DNA from: Candidatus Methylomirabilia bacterium
GTDB lineage: Bacteria; Methylomirabilota; Methylomirabilia; Rokubacteriales; CSP1-6
Assembly (NCBI GenBank): GCA_041497895.1
Contig: JBGQHJ010000006.1
Span: 1 to 64,000 of the forward strand
Direction: 5' to 3'
Length of the DNA: 64,000 nucleotides
Shown: piece after piece, positions 1 through 9,297 of the stretch
Position numbering within the stretch: the stretch's first letter is position 1
Layout: each line of letters opens with the position of its first letter
Made by a program: the position numbers and the translations under genes
Notes under the pieces: generated by a model
Database searches by the model: none
The model's input: only the letters and a program-made list of their open reading frames with translations
What the model was told of the DNA's origin: nothing

Positions 1-391
1 GGCCCACGTGGCCCTGGTGCTGCCGTTCGTGGTGCGCTCGGTGGGGGTCAGCGTGCGCAACCTCGATCCCACGCTCGAGCGGGCGGCGGCCAGCCTGGGG
101 GCGACGCCGTGGCGCGTCTTCCGGCGGGTGACGCTGCCGCTCCTTCGGCCCGGGCTCGTGGCGGGCCTCCTCTTCGCGGTGATCGTCTCCGCCAACGAGT
201 TCGTGGTCTCGCTCTTCATCTCGACCCGGCTGACCGAGATCCTGCCGGTGGCCATGTTCACCTACGTCGTCAACTACACCGATCCCACCATCGCGGCGCT
301 CTCGACCCTCTTCATCGTGGGCACCTTCGTGATCGTCTGGCTCGCCGACCGGTTCCTCGACCTGGGCGGCGTGTTCCTGCATCACCGGTGA
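1..391 (+). CDS. ABC transporter permease, PotC/BPD_transp_1 type (5' truncated by window edge)
   Basis: EAA-like loop LERAAASLGATPWRVFRRVTLP and hydrophobic helices; directly upstream of a PotA-type ATPase. Confidence 0.85.
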   Translation, partial: AHVALVLPFVVRSVGVSVRNLDPTLERAAASLGATPWRVFRRVTLPLLRPGLVAGLLFAVIVSANEFVVSLFISTRLTEILPVAMFTYVVNYTDPTIAALSTLFIVGTFVIVWLADRFLDLGGVFLHHR

Positions 392-401
392 GGCCGCGCT
401 G

Positions 402-1478
402 ATGGCCCGCGCGGTGGTGGAGCTGGCCGGCTGTACCCGTGACTACGGCGGCATCCGCGCGGTGGCCGGTCTCGACCTCGTCGTCTACGAGGGCGAGCTG
501 CTCTCGCTCCTGGGTCCGTCCGGCTGCGGCAAGACCACCACGCTCAACCTGATCGCCGGGTTCGTGTTGCCCACCGCGGGTCGGGTGCGGATCGACGGCC
601 AGGACGTCACCGACCGGCCGGCCCATCGGCGCGGGCTCGGGGTGGTGTTCCAGTCCTACGCCCTCTTCCCGCACCTCTCGGTGTTCGAGAACGTGGCCTT
701 CGGCCTGCGCGAGCGGCGGACGCCCCGGGCCGAGATCGAGCGACGGGTGCGGGCCGCCCTGGCCCTGGTGCGCCTCGACACGCGCGCGGAGCATCGCCCG
801 GCCCAGCTCTCGGGGGGCATGCAGCAGCGGGTGGCGCTGGCGCGGGCGCTGGTGTACGAGCCGCGCGTGCTGCTGCTGGACGAGCCGCTCGCCGCGCTCG
901 ACAAGAAGCTGCGCGAGGAGATGCGGAGCGAGCTGCGGGAGATCCAGCGCTCGGTCGGCATCACCACCATCTTCGTCACCCACGACCAGGCCGAGGCCCT
1001 CGGGCTCTCCGACCGCATCGCGGTGATGCACGGCGGACGCATCGAGCAGCTCGGCGCCCCGCGCGAGATCTACGAGCGCCCCGCGACCCGGTTCGTGGCG
1101 GAGTTCATCGGCGCCTCGACCGTGCTGCGCGGCCGCGCGACCGCCCCCGACCGGGTGGCCCTCGCGGCCGGCGTACTGCGGGTGCTCGGCGTGGCCGGGC
1201 TCCGGGCGGGCGAGGCGGTCGAGCTGACCATCCGGCCGGAGCGCATCCGGCTCACCGGCGGGGCGGGGGAGAACGTGATGGACGGACGCGTGGTCGGGGT
1301 GGTCTACCAGGGGGTGCAGACCGAGCTGACCGTCGAGATCGCGGGCGGCCAGCGCCTGCTCGTCTTCGTGGCCGAGCCCGCGCCGGCCGCGCTCGCGCCG
1401 GGGCAGACCTTGCGCCTGCAACTGCCCGCGGACGCGTTCATGCGCCTCGGGGCCGCGAGCGAGGAGGCCGGCCGGTGA
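402..1478 (+). CDS. ABC transporter ATP-binding protein, PotA/MalK family with TOBE domain
   Basis: Walker A GPSGCGKTT, LSGGMQQR signature, Walker B LLLDEP, HDQ switch. Confidence 0.93.
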   Translation: MARAVVELAGCTRDYGGIRAVAGLDLVVYEGELLSLLGPSGCGKTTTLNLIAGFVLPTAGRVRIDGQDVTDRPAHRRGLGVVFQSYALFPHLSVFENVAFGLRERRTPRAEIERRVRAALALVRLDTRAEHRPAQLSGGMQQRVALARALVYEPRVLLLDEPLAALDKKLREEMRSELREIQRSVGITTIFVTHDQAEALGLSDRIAVMHGGRIEQLGAPREIYERPATRFVAEFIGASTVLRGRATAPDRVALAAGVLRVLGVAGLRAGEAVELTIRPERIRLTGGAGENVMDGRVVGVVYQGVQTELTVEIAGGQRLLVFVAEPAPAALAPGQTLRLQLPADAFMRLGAASEEAGR

Positions 1479-1969
1479 CCGGCATCGCACAGATCGTCGC
1501 GGGGCTCGAGGCGGCCCAGGTCTCGATCGTGGCCTCGGTGCCCGACACGTGGATCGGCCGCCTGATGGAAGGCGTGCGCCGCTCCCCGCGGCTGCGTGCG
1601 GTGGACGTGGCCCGGGAAGAGGAGGCGGTCGCGGTGGCCTGTGGCGCCAACCTCGCGGGCGGCCGCGGCGCGGTCCTGATCCAGAACGCGGGGCTGCTCA
1701 ACTGCGGCGGCGTGCTGGCCGGGCTGGTCGAGCTCTACCACCTGCCGTGCTTCTTCATCGTGTCGTTGCGGGGCGATCACCGCGATCCGGTCTACTACCA
1801 CGCGCCCAAGGGCCGCGTGACGGAGGAGACGCTGCGCGCCTGGCGGTTGCCCTACGCGCGGGCCGATCGCCGGGGCGACCTGGCCGCCCAGGTGAAGCAG
1901 GGGATCGAGTTCTGCGTCGAGTCGCGCGGGCCCTTCGTGCTGCTGATCAGCGGGGAGGATCTGGCGTGA
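1475..1969 (+). CDS. Sulfopyruvate/phosphonopyruvate decarboxylase alpha subunit-like (TPP N-terminal domain)
   Basis: SVPDTW, AREEEAVAVACGA and IQNAGLLN motifs resemble ComD/Ppd PYR domain; GTGA overlap with the ATPase stop. Confidence 0.75.
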   Translation: MTGIAQIVAGLEAAQVSIVASVPDTWIGRLMEGVRRSPRLRAVDVAREEEAVAVACGANLAGGRGAVLIQNAGLLNCGGVLAGLVELYHLPCFFIVSLRGDHRDPVYYHAPKGRVTEETLRAWRLPYARADRRGDLAAQVKQGIEFCVESRGPFVLLISGEDLA

Positions 1970-2520
1970 CCGCCCGCAAGCCGCTGCTGGACGCCCTGGT
2001 CGCAATGCTGACCCCGCGCGACGTGCTGGTCTCCTGCCTCGGGGCCAACGCCCGCTACCTGCCGCACATGACGGTGCCGTGCCCGGTCTTCGCGCTCTGC
2101 GACTCGATGGGCGCGGCGATCCCTCTGGGGCTCGGCATGGCGCTCCAGCGACCGGATCGTCACGTGGTCGCGCTCGAGGGCGACGGATCGCTGCTGATGA
2201 GCCCGAACGTCCTCGCCACCGTCGCGGCGGCGGCGCCGCCCAACCTCACGATGCTGCTCTGGGTGAACGGCCGCTACGAGTCCTCGGGTGGCCAGGCGCT
2301 GCCCGCGGTGACGGTGGACTGGGGCGCTCTCGCCCGCGCCGCGGGCCTGCGGCACGTGACCACGGTGGGCGACGTGGCCGGGCTGCGCGAGGCCTTCGCG
2401 GCGGCGCGCGGCGCCGGCGGTCCGGCCGCCATCGTGGTCGAGATCGCGTTCGATCCCGCGGAGCCGATCCCGCCCTACTCCGAGCGGCCCGACGAGATCC
2501 GCGCGCGCTTTCGGCTCTAG
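1966..2520 (+). CDS. Sulfopyruvate/phosphonopyruvate decarboxylase beta subunit-like (TPP-binding C domain)
   Basis: SMG and GDGSLLM...NGRYESSGGQ TPP-binding motif; GTG start overlaps the alpha stop (GTGA). Confidence 0.75.
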   Translation: MTARKPLLDALVAMLTPRDVLVSCLGANARYLPHMTVPCPVFALCDSMGAAIPLGLGMALQRPDRHVVALEGDGSLLMSPNVLATVAAAAPPNLTMLLWVNGRYESSGGQALPAVTVDWGALARAAGLRHVTTVGDVAGLREAFAAARGAGGPAAIVVEIAFDPAEPIPPYSERPDEIRARFRL

Positions 2521-2549
2521 GCGCTGGCGCGCCCGGCCGCGAGCGCCGG

Positions 2550-3032
2550 TCAGTGCGTCGGGTAGCTGCCGGAGGGGCCGTAGGTGCCGTAGCCGCCCGT
2601 CGAGTAGCCCGTCGAGAAGTCCGAGTTGCACCCGCCGACGACCTTCCAGATGCCGGGGGAGGTCATGGCCCGCTGCTCGCCCGAGATGCACATGGTCGCC
2701 ATGGGCTTGCCGGGCCCGCCCGGAACCGCCGCCGGCTTCGCCGGGGCCGGCATGTTCCGGAACTGCACGAGCCCGGCCTCCGCGGTGACGATGCGCCGGA
2801 TGGCCTCGACGAGCTGCGCCTCGCGGATCTGGTCGGCGCTCAGGGCGGGCTTGCCGATCCCGATCGGCCCGATCCACTCGGCCGCGTCGCGGTGCGGCTC
2901 GGGCACGTCGATCTTGTATTGCGTGACCCGGCTCGCTCCCTTGTCGTCGGTGTAATGCCACTGCGCGTCCGCCTGCCCGGCCAGGAGCAGAATCCCCGCG
3001 CCGAGTGCCACCGCCATCGCCAATCGCTCCAT
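2550..3032 (-). CDS. Secreted hypothetical protein (DUF4124-like N-terminus)
   Basis: AGGAGA RBS; signal peptide MERLAMAVALGAGILLLAGQADA followed by QWHYTDDKG. Confidence 0.6.
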   Translation of the reverse strand: MERLAMAVALGAGILLLAGQADAQWHYTDDKGASRVTQYKIDVPEPHRDAAEWIGPIGIGKPALSADQIREAQLVEAIRRIVTAEAGLVQFRNMPAPAKPAAVPGGPGKPMATMCISGEQRAMTSPGIWKVVGGCNSDFSTGYSTGGYGTYGPSGSYPTH

Positions 3033-3080
3033 GCGTCGTCTCTCCTGTCGGGGCCCGCGTGGGCCACGACCAACGGCAAC

Positions 3081-3095
3081 GCAAGAGCCACACCA
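3081..3095 (-). promoter_or_regulatory. Sigma54 (-24/-12) promoter candidate for the secreted protein gene
   Basis: Minus strand TGGTGTGGCTCTTGC gives GG-N10-GC with TTGC at -12, about 50 nt upstream of the start codon. Confidence 0.55.
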
Positions 3096-3232
3096 TCGCA
3101 AGTGCGTCGGCGAATCGCCAGGTTAGGAAGGCTCCGCAAAGGTTGCGTCTGGAAGTGTCCCCCCATGCGAAGAAGGGAATTTCCCAGGTTGGTGACCCGC
3201 GCGGGCAGCGCGCGCGGGAGCGGGTGGCCGCC

Positions 3233-3841
3233 CTAGCGGAGGAGCGCGCGAAGCCGCTCGGGGGCGTCGGGGCCGTCGAACTGGAGGGTCCGGAGCCCGA
3301 CGCCTGCGGCGGCCTCGACGTTGTCGGCTCGATCGTCCACGAAGAGGGCCGCGTTGGCGGACAGGCCGAGCCGCTCCAGGCAGAGCCGGAAGATGCGGGG
3401 ATCGGGCTTGGCGAGCCCGACCTCGCAGGAGATCACGACCGCGTCGAAGCGCGCCTCCAGCCGGTGGTCCGCCCGCACGCGCGCCATGACCTCGGGGCCG
3501 CTGTTGGAGAGGAACGCGGTGCGGCCGCCGGCGGCGCGGAAGCGGGCGGCGAGCGCCCAGACCTCGTCGTGGTAGACGCTCCACGAGGCGACGTCGGAGG
3601 CGATCAGCCACGCCAGATCGCTCGGAGCGAGCGCGTCGGCGCGCGCGGCGGACACCACGCGCCGCCAGTAGGCAGCGGCCGGGAGGCCGTCATCGTACGC
3701 GTGCCGATGCTGCCAGTAGGCGGCCCGGAAGGCGCTGGCGTCGGCCCCGAGCCGGCACGCCGCCTCGTCCATCCACGTCTGATCCTGGGTGCGGCTCAGC
3801 ACGTTGCCATAGTCGAGGATGAGACCGGCGGGCCGCGCCAT
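3233..3841 (-). CDS. HAD-superfamily phosphatase (YihX-like, subfamily IA)
   Basis: LILDYGNVL motif I, LSN motif II, KPDPRIF and FVDD motifs III/IV; TAGCAT -10 lies 7 nt before the ATG. Confidence 0.85.
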   Translation of the reverse strand: MARPAGLILDYGNVLSRTQDQTWMDEAACRLGADASAFRAAYWQHRHAYDDGLPAAAYWRRVVSAARADALAPSDLAWLIASDVASWSVYHDEVWALAARFRAAGGRTAFLSNSGPEVMARVRADHRLEARFDAVVISCEVGLAKPDPRIFRLCLERLGLSANAALFVDDRADNVEAAAGVGLRTLQFDGPDAPERLRALLR

Positions 3842-3938
3842 GCGCTCGATGCTACGCGATCCGGGCGCTCCGACAAAGCGAAGCGGGCATGTTACGATGC
3901 GGCGGTTCACCTCGCTGCACCCGGAGGAGGCGCGCGCC

Positions 3939-4721
3939 GTGCCGACGCAAGACGAGACCCTGGTGACCCGCGACGGGCCGGTGGTCACGCTGACCTTCAA
4001 TCGCCCCGAGGCGCGCAACGCGATGACCTGGAGGATGTACGATCGCCTCTACGAGGTCTGCGAGGAGGTGGACACCGACGACTCGGTGCGCGTGCTCGTG
4101 CTGCGCGGCGCCGGCGGCAAGGCGTTCGTCGCCGGGACGGACATCAGCCAGTTCAAGGTCTTCGAGCGGGCCGAGGACGGCATCGCCTACGAGCGGGACG
4201 GCGACAGGCGCATCGCGCGCCTCGAGGCCGTGCGCAAGCCGGTCGTGGCCCAGGTCGAGGGATTCGCGGTGGGGGGCGGCTTCCGGATCGCCACCGCCTG
4301 CGACCTGCGCATCGCCACCCCCGACGCGCGCTTCGGGGCGCCGATCGCGCGCACCCTCGGCAACTGCCTCTCGATGGCCGCCTACGCGAGCTTCGTCGAC
4401 GTGTTCGGGCCCTCGCGCCTGAAGGAGCTGATCTTCACCGCGCGCCTGCTCAGCGCCGAGGAGGCGCACGCGGCGGGCTACGTGCACGAGATCGTGGCCG
4501 CGGACCGGATCGGGGCGCGGGTGACCGCGCTTGCGCAGCAGCTCGCCGAGCACGCGCCGATCACGCTTTGGGTGACCAAGGAGTCGATCCGCCGCCTCGC
4601 GGCGAGCCGGGCCCTGCCTGACGACGAGGACCTGATCGCCACCACCTACATGAGCGCCGACTTCCGCGAGGGGGTGCGCGCGTTCCTCGAGAAGCGCAAG
4701 GCGCGGTGGACCGGGAAATGA
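3939..4721 (+). CDS. Enoyl-CoA hydratase/isomerase family protein
   Basis: FNRPEARNA, AFVAGTDI, AVGGG and DFREGVRAFLEKR; GGAGGAGG RBS before the GTG. Confidence 0.9.
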   Translation: MPTQDETLVTRDGPVVTLTFNRPEARNAMTWRMYDRLYEVCEEVDTDDSVRVLVLRGAGGKAFVAGTDISQFKVFERAEDGIAYERDGDRRIARLEAVRKPVVAQVEGFAVGGGFRIATACDLRIATPDARFGAPIARTLGNCLSMAAYASFVDVFGPSRLKELIFTARLLSAEEAHAAGYVHEIVAADRIGARVTALAQQLAEHAPITLWVTKESIRRLAASRALPDDEDLIATTYMSADFREGVRAFLEKRKARWTGK

Positions 4722-5224
4722 TCCGCTCGGTGCCGGGGCGCACGCCGCGGGTGCACCCGGAGGCCTACGTGGACCCGGCGGCCCAGGTCATCGGCGACGT
4801 GACCATCGAGGCGGGGGCGAGCGTGTGGCCGTTCACGGTGCTGCGCGGCGACCAGGACAACTACGTCACCCTCGGGCGCAACTCCAACGTGCAGGACAAC
4901 TCGGTGCTGCACGTCACGCCCGAGTTCCCGTGCATCGTCGGGGCCAACGTGACCATCGGCCATCGGGCGGTGGTCCACGCGTGCACCGTGATGGACAACG
5001 TGCGGATCGGCATCGGCGCGGTGGTGCTGACCGGCGCGGTGGTGGAGGAGGGCGCGCAGGTGGGGGCGGGGGCGCTCGTGCCGCCGGGCAAGGTGGTGCC
5101 AGCGGGCTGGCTCGTCATGGGGGTGCCGGCCAAGCCGGTGCGCAAGATGAGCCAGGGCGAGCTCGACGACATCCTCCGCAACGCCACCGAGTACCTCGAC
5201 CTTTGGCACCGCGACTACCGCTGA
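4718..5224 (+). CDS. Gamma carbonic anhydrase family (PaaY/CaiE/YrdA-like) hexapeptide-repeat protein
   Basis: LRGD, NVQDNSVLH and IGHRAVVHAC motifs; ATGA overlap with the hydratase. Confidence 0.9.
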   Translation: MIRSVPGRTPRVHPEAYVDPAAQVIGDVTIEAGASVWPFTVLRGDQDNYVTLGRNSNVQDNSVLHVTPEFPCIVGANVTIGHRAVVHACTVMDNVRIGIGAVVLTGAVVEEGAQVGAGALVPPGKVVPAGWLVMGVPAKPVRKMSQGELDDILRNATEYLDLWHRDYR

Positions 5225-5227
5225 TCT

Positions 5228-5302
5228 GGGGTCAGGTCTTACGTTCCGACATCCTCGCGTAGAGGCGGCGCGTAGAAATGTCGGAATGTAAGACCTGACC
5301 CC
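5228..5302. repeat. REP-like inverted doublet, family A copy 1
   Basis: Arms GGGGTCAGGTCTTACGTTCCGACAT (5228-5252) and ATGTCGGAATGTAAGACCTGACCCC (5278-5302), one mismatch, 25-nt spacer. Confidence 0.9.
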
Positions 5303-5318
5303 GTCGTAGGCTGAGCCT

Positions 5319-5807
5319 GTGGGGTACGTCGAGCGGCATCTGCTGGCGGGCGAGCAGGTCGTGTACAAGACGCGGCTGCACTGGGTGCTCTTCCTGAAGC
5401 CGGCGCTCGTCGTGCTGAGCGGGATCGCCCTGACGGTGGTGCTGCGCCGGGTGCAGGATCCACCCTGGCTCTGGATGATCGGCGCCGGTGTCACGCTGGT
5501 CGGCCTCGGCTGGGCGCTGGTCCACTACGTCGAGCTGATGACCTCCGAGTTCGCGGTGACCAGCAGCCGCCTCATCCTCAAGGTGGGCCTGATCTCGCGC
5601 TATACCACCGAGCTGCTCCTGGCCAAGGTGGAGACCATCGGCGTGCAGCAGGGGCTGATGGGCCGCATGCTCGGCTACGGTGACCTGATCGTGACCGGCA
5701 CCGGTGGCGCCCGCGAGGTCTTCCGCCGGGTGCGCGACCCGATCGGCTTCCGCAACCACGTGCAGCAGGCGACGCTGGGGCCGGGGTCGGGCCCCGTTTC
5801 GGGCTGA
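5319..5807 (+). CDS. Membrane protein with bacterial PH domain (bPH_2)
   Basis: Two TM helices then EFAVTSSRLILKVG...GRMLGYGDLIVTGTGG; TAGGCT -10 lies 6 nt before the GTG. Confidence 0.8.
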   Translation: MGYVERHLLAGEQVVYKTRLHWVLFLKPALVVLSGIALTVVLRRVQDPPWLWMIGAGVTLVGLGWALVHYVELMTSEFAVTSSRLILKVGLISRYTTELLLAKVETIGVQQGLMGRMLGYGDLIVTGTGGAREVFRRVRDPIGFRNHVQQATLGPGSGPVSG

Positions 5808-5816
5808 GCCGCCCGC

Positions 5817-6605
5817 CTACCTCGCGCCCGGCGGCGCTCCCTCGTCGCGGGCGACCTTGATGTCCACGCTCTGGTCCCGCAGGATCGTCGGGCTCATCAC
5901 CATGGTCTCGATCACGGTGCGCGGGGGCAGCGTCGCGCAGAGCAGGATCGCGCGCGCCACGTCCTCGGCGTGCATCATGGTCGAGCGAGCGGCGGAGTCG
6001 GGCCGGAACGGCCGCTTGTCGAGAATCGGGGTGTCGACCTCGGCGGGCATGATGGTGGTGGCGCGGATGCCCCTGTCGCGGAGCACGTTGTGGACGTGGC
6101 CCATCAGGTTGAGGACCGCGGCCTTGGCCGCGCCGTAGGGAGCGCCGCCGATCAGGCCGGGCCGCAGCGCGGCCAGCGAGCTGATCGTGATGATGGTGCC
6201 GCCGCCGCGCTCGATCATGCTCGGGAGCACCGCCTGGGTGAGCGCGTAGACCCCGCTCAGGTTCACCGCGAGCACGCTGTCCCACTCCTCCTGGCCCACC
6301 CAGCGGATGTTGCGGGCCTTGCTCGAGTGCCCCGCGTTGTTCACCAGGATGTCGGCGCGGCCGTACTGGGCCACCGTCCACTCCGCGAGCCCGCGGGCCT
6401 CCGCCGCCTTCTCCACGTCGCAGGCCCGCGCCACCGCGCGTCCCCCCGCCTGGGTGATCTCGCCCACCACCTCGTCGAGCGGCGCCTTGCGCCGGCCCGC
6501 CACCACCACCCGCGCGCCCTCGGCGGCCAGCATCAGCGCTGCCGCGCGGCCGATGCCGGAGCCGCCGCCCGTCATGATCGCGACCTGTCCGTCGAGGACT
6601 CCCAT
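5817..6605 (-). CDS. SDR family NAD(P)-dependent oxidoreductase
   Basis: TGGGSGIG, NNAG and YGAAK catalytic motif. Confidence 0.92.
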   Translation of the reverse strand: MGVLDGQVAIMTGGGSGIGRAAALMLAAEGARVVVAGRRKAPLDEVVGEITQAGGRAVARACDVEKAAEARGLAEWTVAQYGRADILVNNAGHSSKARNIRWVGQEEWDSVLAVNLSGVYALTQAVLPSMIERGGGTIITISSLAALRPGLIGGAPYGAAKAAVLNLMGHVHNVLRDRGIRATTIMPAEVDTPILDKRPFRPDSAARSTMMHAEDVARAILLCATLPPRTVIETMVMSPTILRDQSVDIKVARDEGAPPGAR

Positions 6606-6636
6606 GGGGCTCCTTCCGCCCGGATCGCCCGGCGCC

Positions 6637-7260
6637 TCAGCGCCAGGCCCACACGGGCTGCTCGAAGTGGCTCACGCGGGTGGGCCGTCCGTGGACGACC
6701 ACCTCGCGCATCTGGTAGACGACGGCCGCGGTGGGCGCGTGGATCAGGGTGCCCAGCAGCGGGAGCTGGATCACCGGGCGGTCGCTCTCCGGGATGCTGA
6801 TCAGGCGCGGGACGTCCGGTCCCTCGAGGTCGTCGAGCGGCACGCGTAAGATCTTGGCGACCTCGGCCGGGTTCGGGGTGAGCTCGCCCACGAGGCCGCC
6901 CCACACCACCACCGGGGTGATGATGAAGCCGGAGCGCGTGCCGTAGTCGTCCAGCGCCCCCAGCACCGTGCCCTCGTCGAGGGTGAGGCCGACCTCTTCC
7001 TGCAGCTCACGCAGCGCCGCCCGCTCCGCGGTCTCGCCCGCGTCGAGGCGGCCGCCCGGCAGCGCCCACTGGCCGGTGTGCTTCCGCAGCGTCGCGGCCC
7101 GGCGGGTGATGAGAAAGCAGGCGCGCCCCTCCTCGTCGTAGAGCAGGACCTGGGCCACCGCGGCGCGCCGCCGCCCGTCGTCGGGCAGGGCGAGCCGCTC
7201 GAACGCGGACAGGTTGGCGCGCGCCCGGTCGAGCAGCGCGTCGTCCAGCCGGGCCGGCAC
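6637..7260 (-). CDS. Nudix hydrolase, CoA pyrophosphatase (NudL/PCD1-like)
   Basis: RRAATLRKHTGQWALPGG then Nudix box GETAERAALRELQEEVG and NPAEV; GTG overlaps the aldolase stop. Confidence 0.85.
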   Translation of the reverse strand: MPARLDDALLDRARANLSAFERLALPDDGRRRAAVAQVLLYDEEGRACFLITRRAATLRKHTGQWALPGGRLDAGETAERAALRELQEEVGLTLDEGTVLGALDDYGTRSGFIITPVVVWGGLVGELTPNPAEVAKILRVPLDDLEGPDVPRLISIPESDRPVIQLPLLGTLIHAPTAAVVYQMREVVVHGRPTRVSHFEQPVWAWR

Positions 7261-8051
7261 TAGTAGGCCGGCAGCTTTCCGGCCTTGGTGCCGGTCTTGC
7301 GCACGACGCCCACTTCCTCGGCGGCCTTGGCGGCCATGAAGCGGCTGTCGCTCGCGAGCGTGACGAACTGGTAGCCCTCCGCGATCATCTTGAGAGCATA
7401 CGTCGCGGTGGCGTTGTGGATGCCCGCGACCACGTTGTGCCGCTTGCAGGCCGCGACGATCTTCTGCTGGGCCTCCACCACCGGCGGGTCGGTCTGGTCG
7501 AGGCGGGGCTTGAGGCCCATGGCCAGGCTCAGGTCGGAGGGGCCGACGTAGATGGCGTCGACGCCGTCCACGCTCAGGATCTCGTCGAGATTCTTGAGCG
7601 CCTCCGCGGTCTCGATCATCGGCATCACGATCGTCTCGACGTTGGCGTGGTCGCCGTAGTCGGAGCCGGCGTAGAGGGAGGCGCGCACCGGCCCCCAGCT
7701 CCGGTAGCCGCGCGGCGGGTACTTGCAGGCGCGTACCATCGCCTCCGCCTCCTGCGCGGTGTTGATCATCGGGCAGATGACCCCGTAGGCGCCCGCGTCG
7801 AGGATCTTCATGAGCCGCGCCGGATCGTTCCACGGCACGCGCGCGAGGGGCACCACGCCCAGGGTGGAGATGCCCTGCAGCATGTTGACCGCCACCTGGT
7901 AGTCCACCACCCCGTGCTGCATGTCGATGGTCAGCGAATCGAAGCCCTGGTGGGCCATCACCTCGGCCGAGAAGCCGCTCGGGATGGACAGCCACCCGTT
8001 CACCACCGCCTCGCCCTTCGCCCAGATCTTCTTCAGCGCGTTCTCTCTCAC
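7260..8051 (-). CDS. HpcH/HpaI class II aldolase family protein
   Basis: DMQHG, LDAGAYGVICPM, YPPRGYRSWG, MIET and YVGPSDLS motifs. Confidence 0.9.
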   Translation of the reverse strand: MRENALKKIWAKGEAVVNGWLSIPSGFSAEVMAHQGFDSLTIDMQHGVVDYQVAVNMLQGISTLGVVPLARVPWNDPARLMKILDAGAYGVICPMINTAQEAEAMVRACKYPPRGYRSWGPVRASLYAGSDYGDHANVETIVMPMIETAEALKNLDEILSVDGVDAIYVGPSDLSLAMGLKPRLDQTDPPVVEAQQKIVAACKRHNVVAGIHNATATYALKMIAEGYQFVTLASDSRFMAAKAAEEVGVVRKTGTKAGKLPAY

Positions 8052-8064
8052 GTCGTTCTCCGAT

Positions 8065-8127
8065 GGGGTCAGGTCTTACATTCCGACATCGCACCGCGGC
8101 AAATGTCGGAATGTAAGACCTGACCCC
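8065..8127. repeat. REP-like inverted doublet, family A copy 2
   Basis: Perfect 25-bp arms at 8065-8089 and 8103-8127, 13-nt spacer; between co-oriented genes. Confidence 0.9.
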
Positions 8128-8130
8128 GGC

Positions 8131-9297
8131 TTAGATGACCTTGTCTTGGCGCAGGGTCTCGATGTCGGCCGGGGAATAGCCCAGCTCGGTCAGGATCTGG
8201 TCGTTGTGCTCGCCGGTGTCGGGGGCGTGGGTCCGGATCGCGCCCGGGGTGCGCGAGAGCGTGACCGGCGGCGCCTGCACGAGGAGCTCGCCGAGGGCCG
8301 GGTGCTTCACCGGCACCGCCATCCGGAGATGGCGGATCTGCTCGTCCTCGTAGACCTGCTTGACGTCGAGGATCGCGCCCGACGGGACGCCCTTGGCGTT
8401 GAGCACCTCGACCCACTCCTGGGTGGTGCGCTTGGCGAACCCCTTCTCCAGCTCGACCGCGAGCGCCTTGCGGTTCTTCGAGCGGTCCGGCGCGGTGCGG
8501 AAGCGTGGGTCCTCGAGCAGCGGCTCGGTACCGAGGGCCTCGCAGAGGCGCCGGAACATGTGCTGGCCGGAGGCCGCGATGTTGAGGTGGCCGTCCGCGG
8601 TCTTGAACACTCCGGTGGGGATGGCGGTCGGGTGATCGTTGCCGGCCTGGGGCGGGATCTCATGGCCGATGAGCCAGCGCGCGGCCTGGAAGTCGAGCAT
8701 GGTCACCATCGCCTGCAGCAGCGAGGTGTGCACCCACTGGCCGCGCCCCGACCGCTCGCGCTCGAGCAGGGCCACCAGGATGCCCTGGGCCAGGAAGATG
8801 CCCGCGGTGAGATCGGCCACCGGGATGCCGACGCGCACCGGGCCCTGGCCGGGCAGGCCGGTGATCGACATGAGCCCGCCCATGCCCTGCGCGATCTGGT
8901 CGTAGCCCGGCCGGTCGCGATAGGGGCCGTCCTGCCCGAAGCCCGAGATGCTGCCGTAGACCAGCCGCGGGTTGATGCGGGAGAGCGTCTCGTAGTCGAT
9001 CCCGAGGCGGGTCTTAACGTCGGGCCGGAAGTTCTCCACGACGACATCCGCGGTCTTGGCCAGCTTGTGGATGATCTCGATGCCGCGCGGCGACTTGAGA
9101 TCGAGGGTGAGGGAGCGCTTGTTGCGGTGGAGGTTCTGGGAGTCGAAGCCGCGCCGCGGGAAATCGCCCTCCACGTCCTCGCGCGCCGAGATCTGGATGA
9201 CGCTCGCGCCCATGTCCGCGAGCTGGCGTACGCAGGTGGGCCCGGACCGGGCGCGGGTGAGATCGAGCACGGTGTAGGGCTCGAGCGGCAGCGTCAT
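8131..9297 (-). CDS. Class III CoA transferase (CaiB/BaiF family)
   Basis: VLDLTRARSGP, RNKRSLTLDLK, ENFRP, SISGFGQDGP and GYDQIAQ. Confidence 0.92.
   Translation of the reverse strand: MTLPLEPYTVLDLTRARSGPTCVRQLADMGASVIQISAREDVEGDFPRRGFDSQNLHRNKRSLTLDLKSPRGIEIIHKLAKTADVVVENFRPDVKTRLGIDYETLSRINPRLVYGSISGFGQDGPYRDRPGYDQIAQGMGGLMSITGLPGQGPVRVGIPVADLTAGIFLAQGILVALLERERSGRGQWVHTSLLQAMVTMLDFQAARWLIGHEIPPQAGNDHPTAIPTGVFKTADGHLNIAASGQHMFRRLCEALGTEPLLEDPRFRTAPDRSKNRKALAVELEKGFAKRTTQEWVEVLNAKGVPSGAILDVKQVYEDEQIRHLRMAVPVKHPALGELLVQAPPVTLSRTPGAIRTHAPDTGEHNDQILTELGYSPADIETLRQDKVI

Noticed and set aside
3100..3230. Possible riboswitch in the lower-GC intergenic region
   Set aside because: No convincing match by eye to c-di-GMP or other aptamers; it lies upstream of the sigma54 site, so an enhancer region is more likely. 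An Rfam scan would decide
5228..8127. Family A repeats as a possible CRISPR array
   Set aside because: The arms are inverted pairs dispersed over kilobases, not tandem direct repeats; no cas genes
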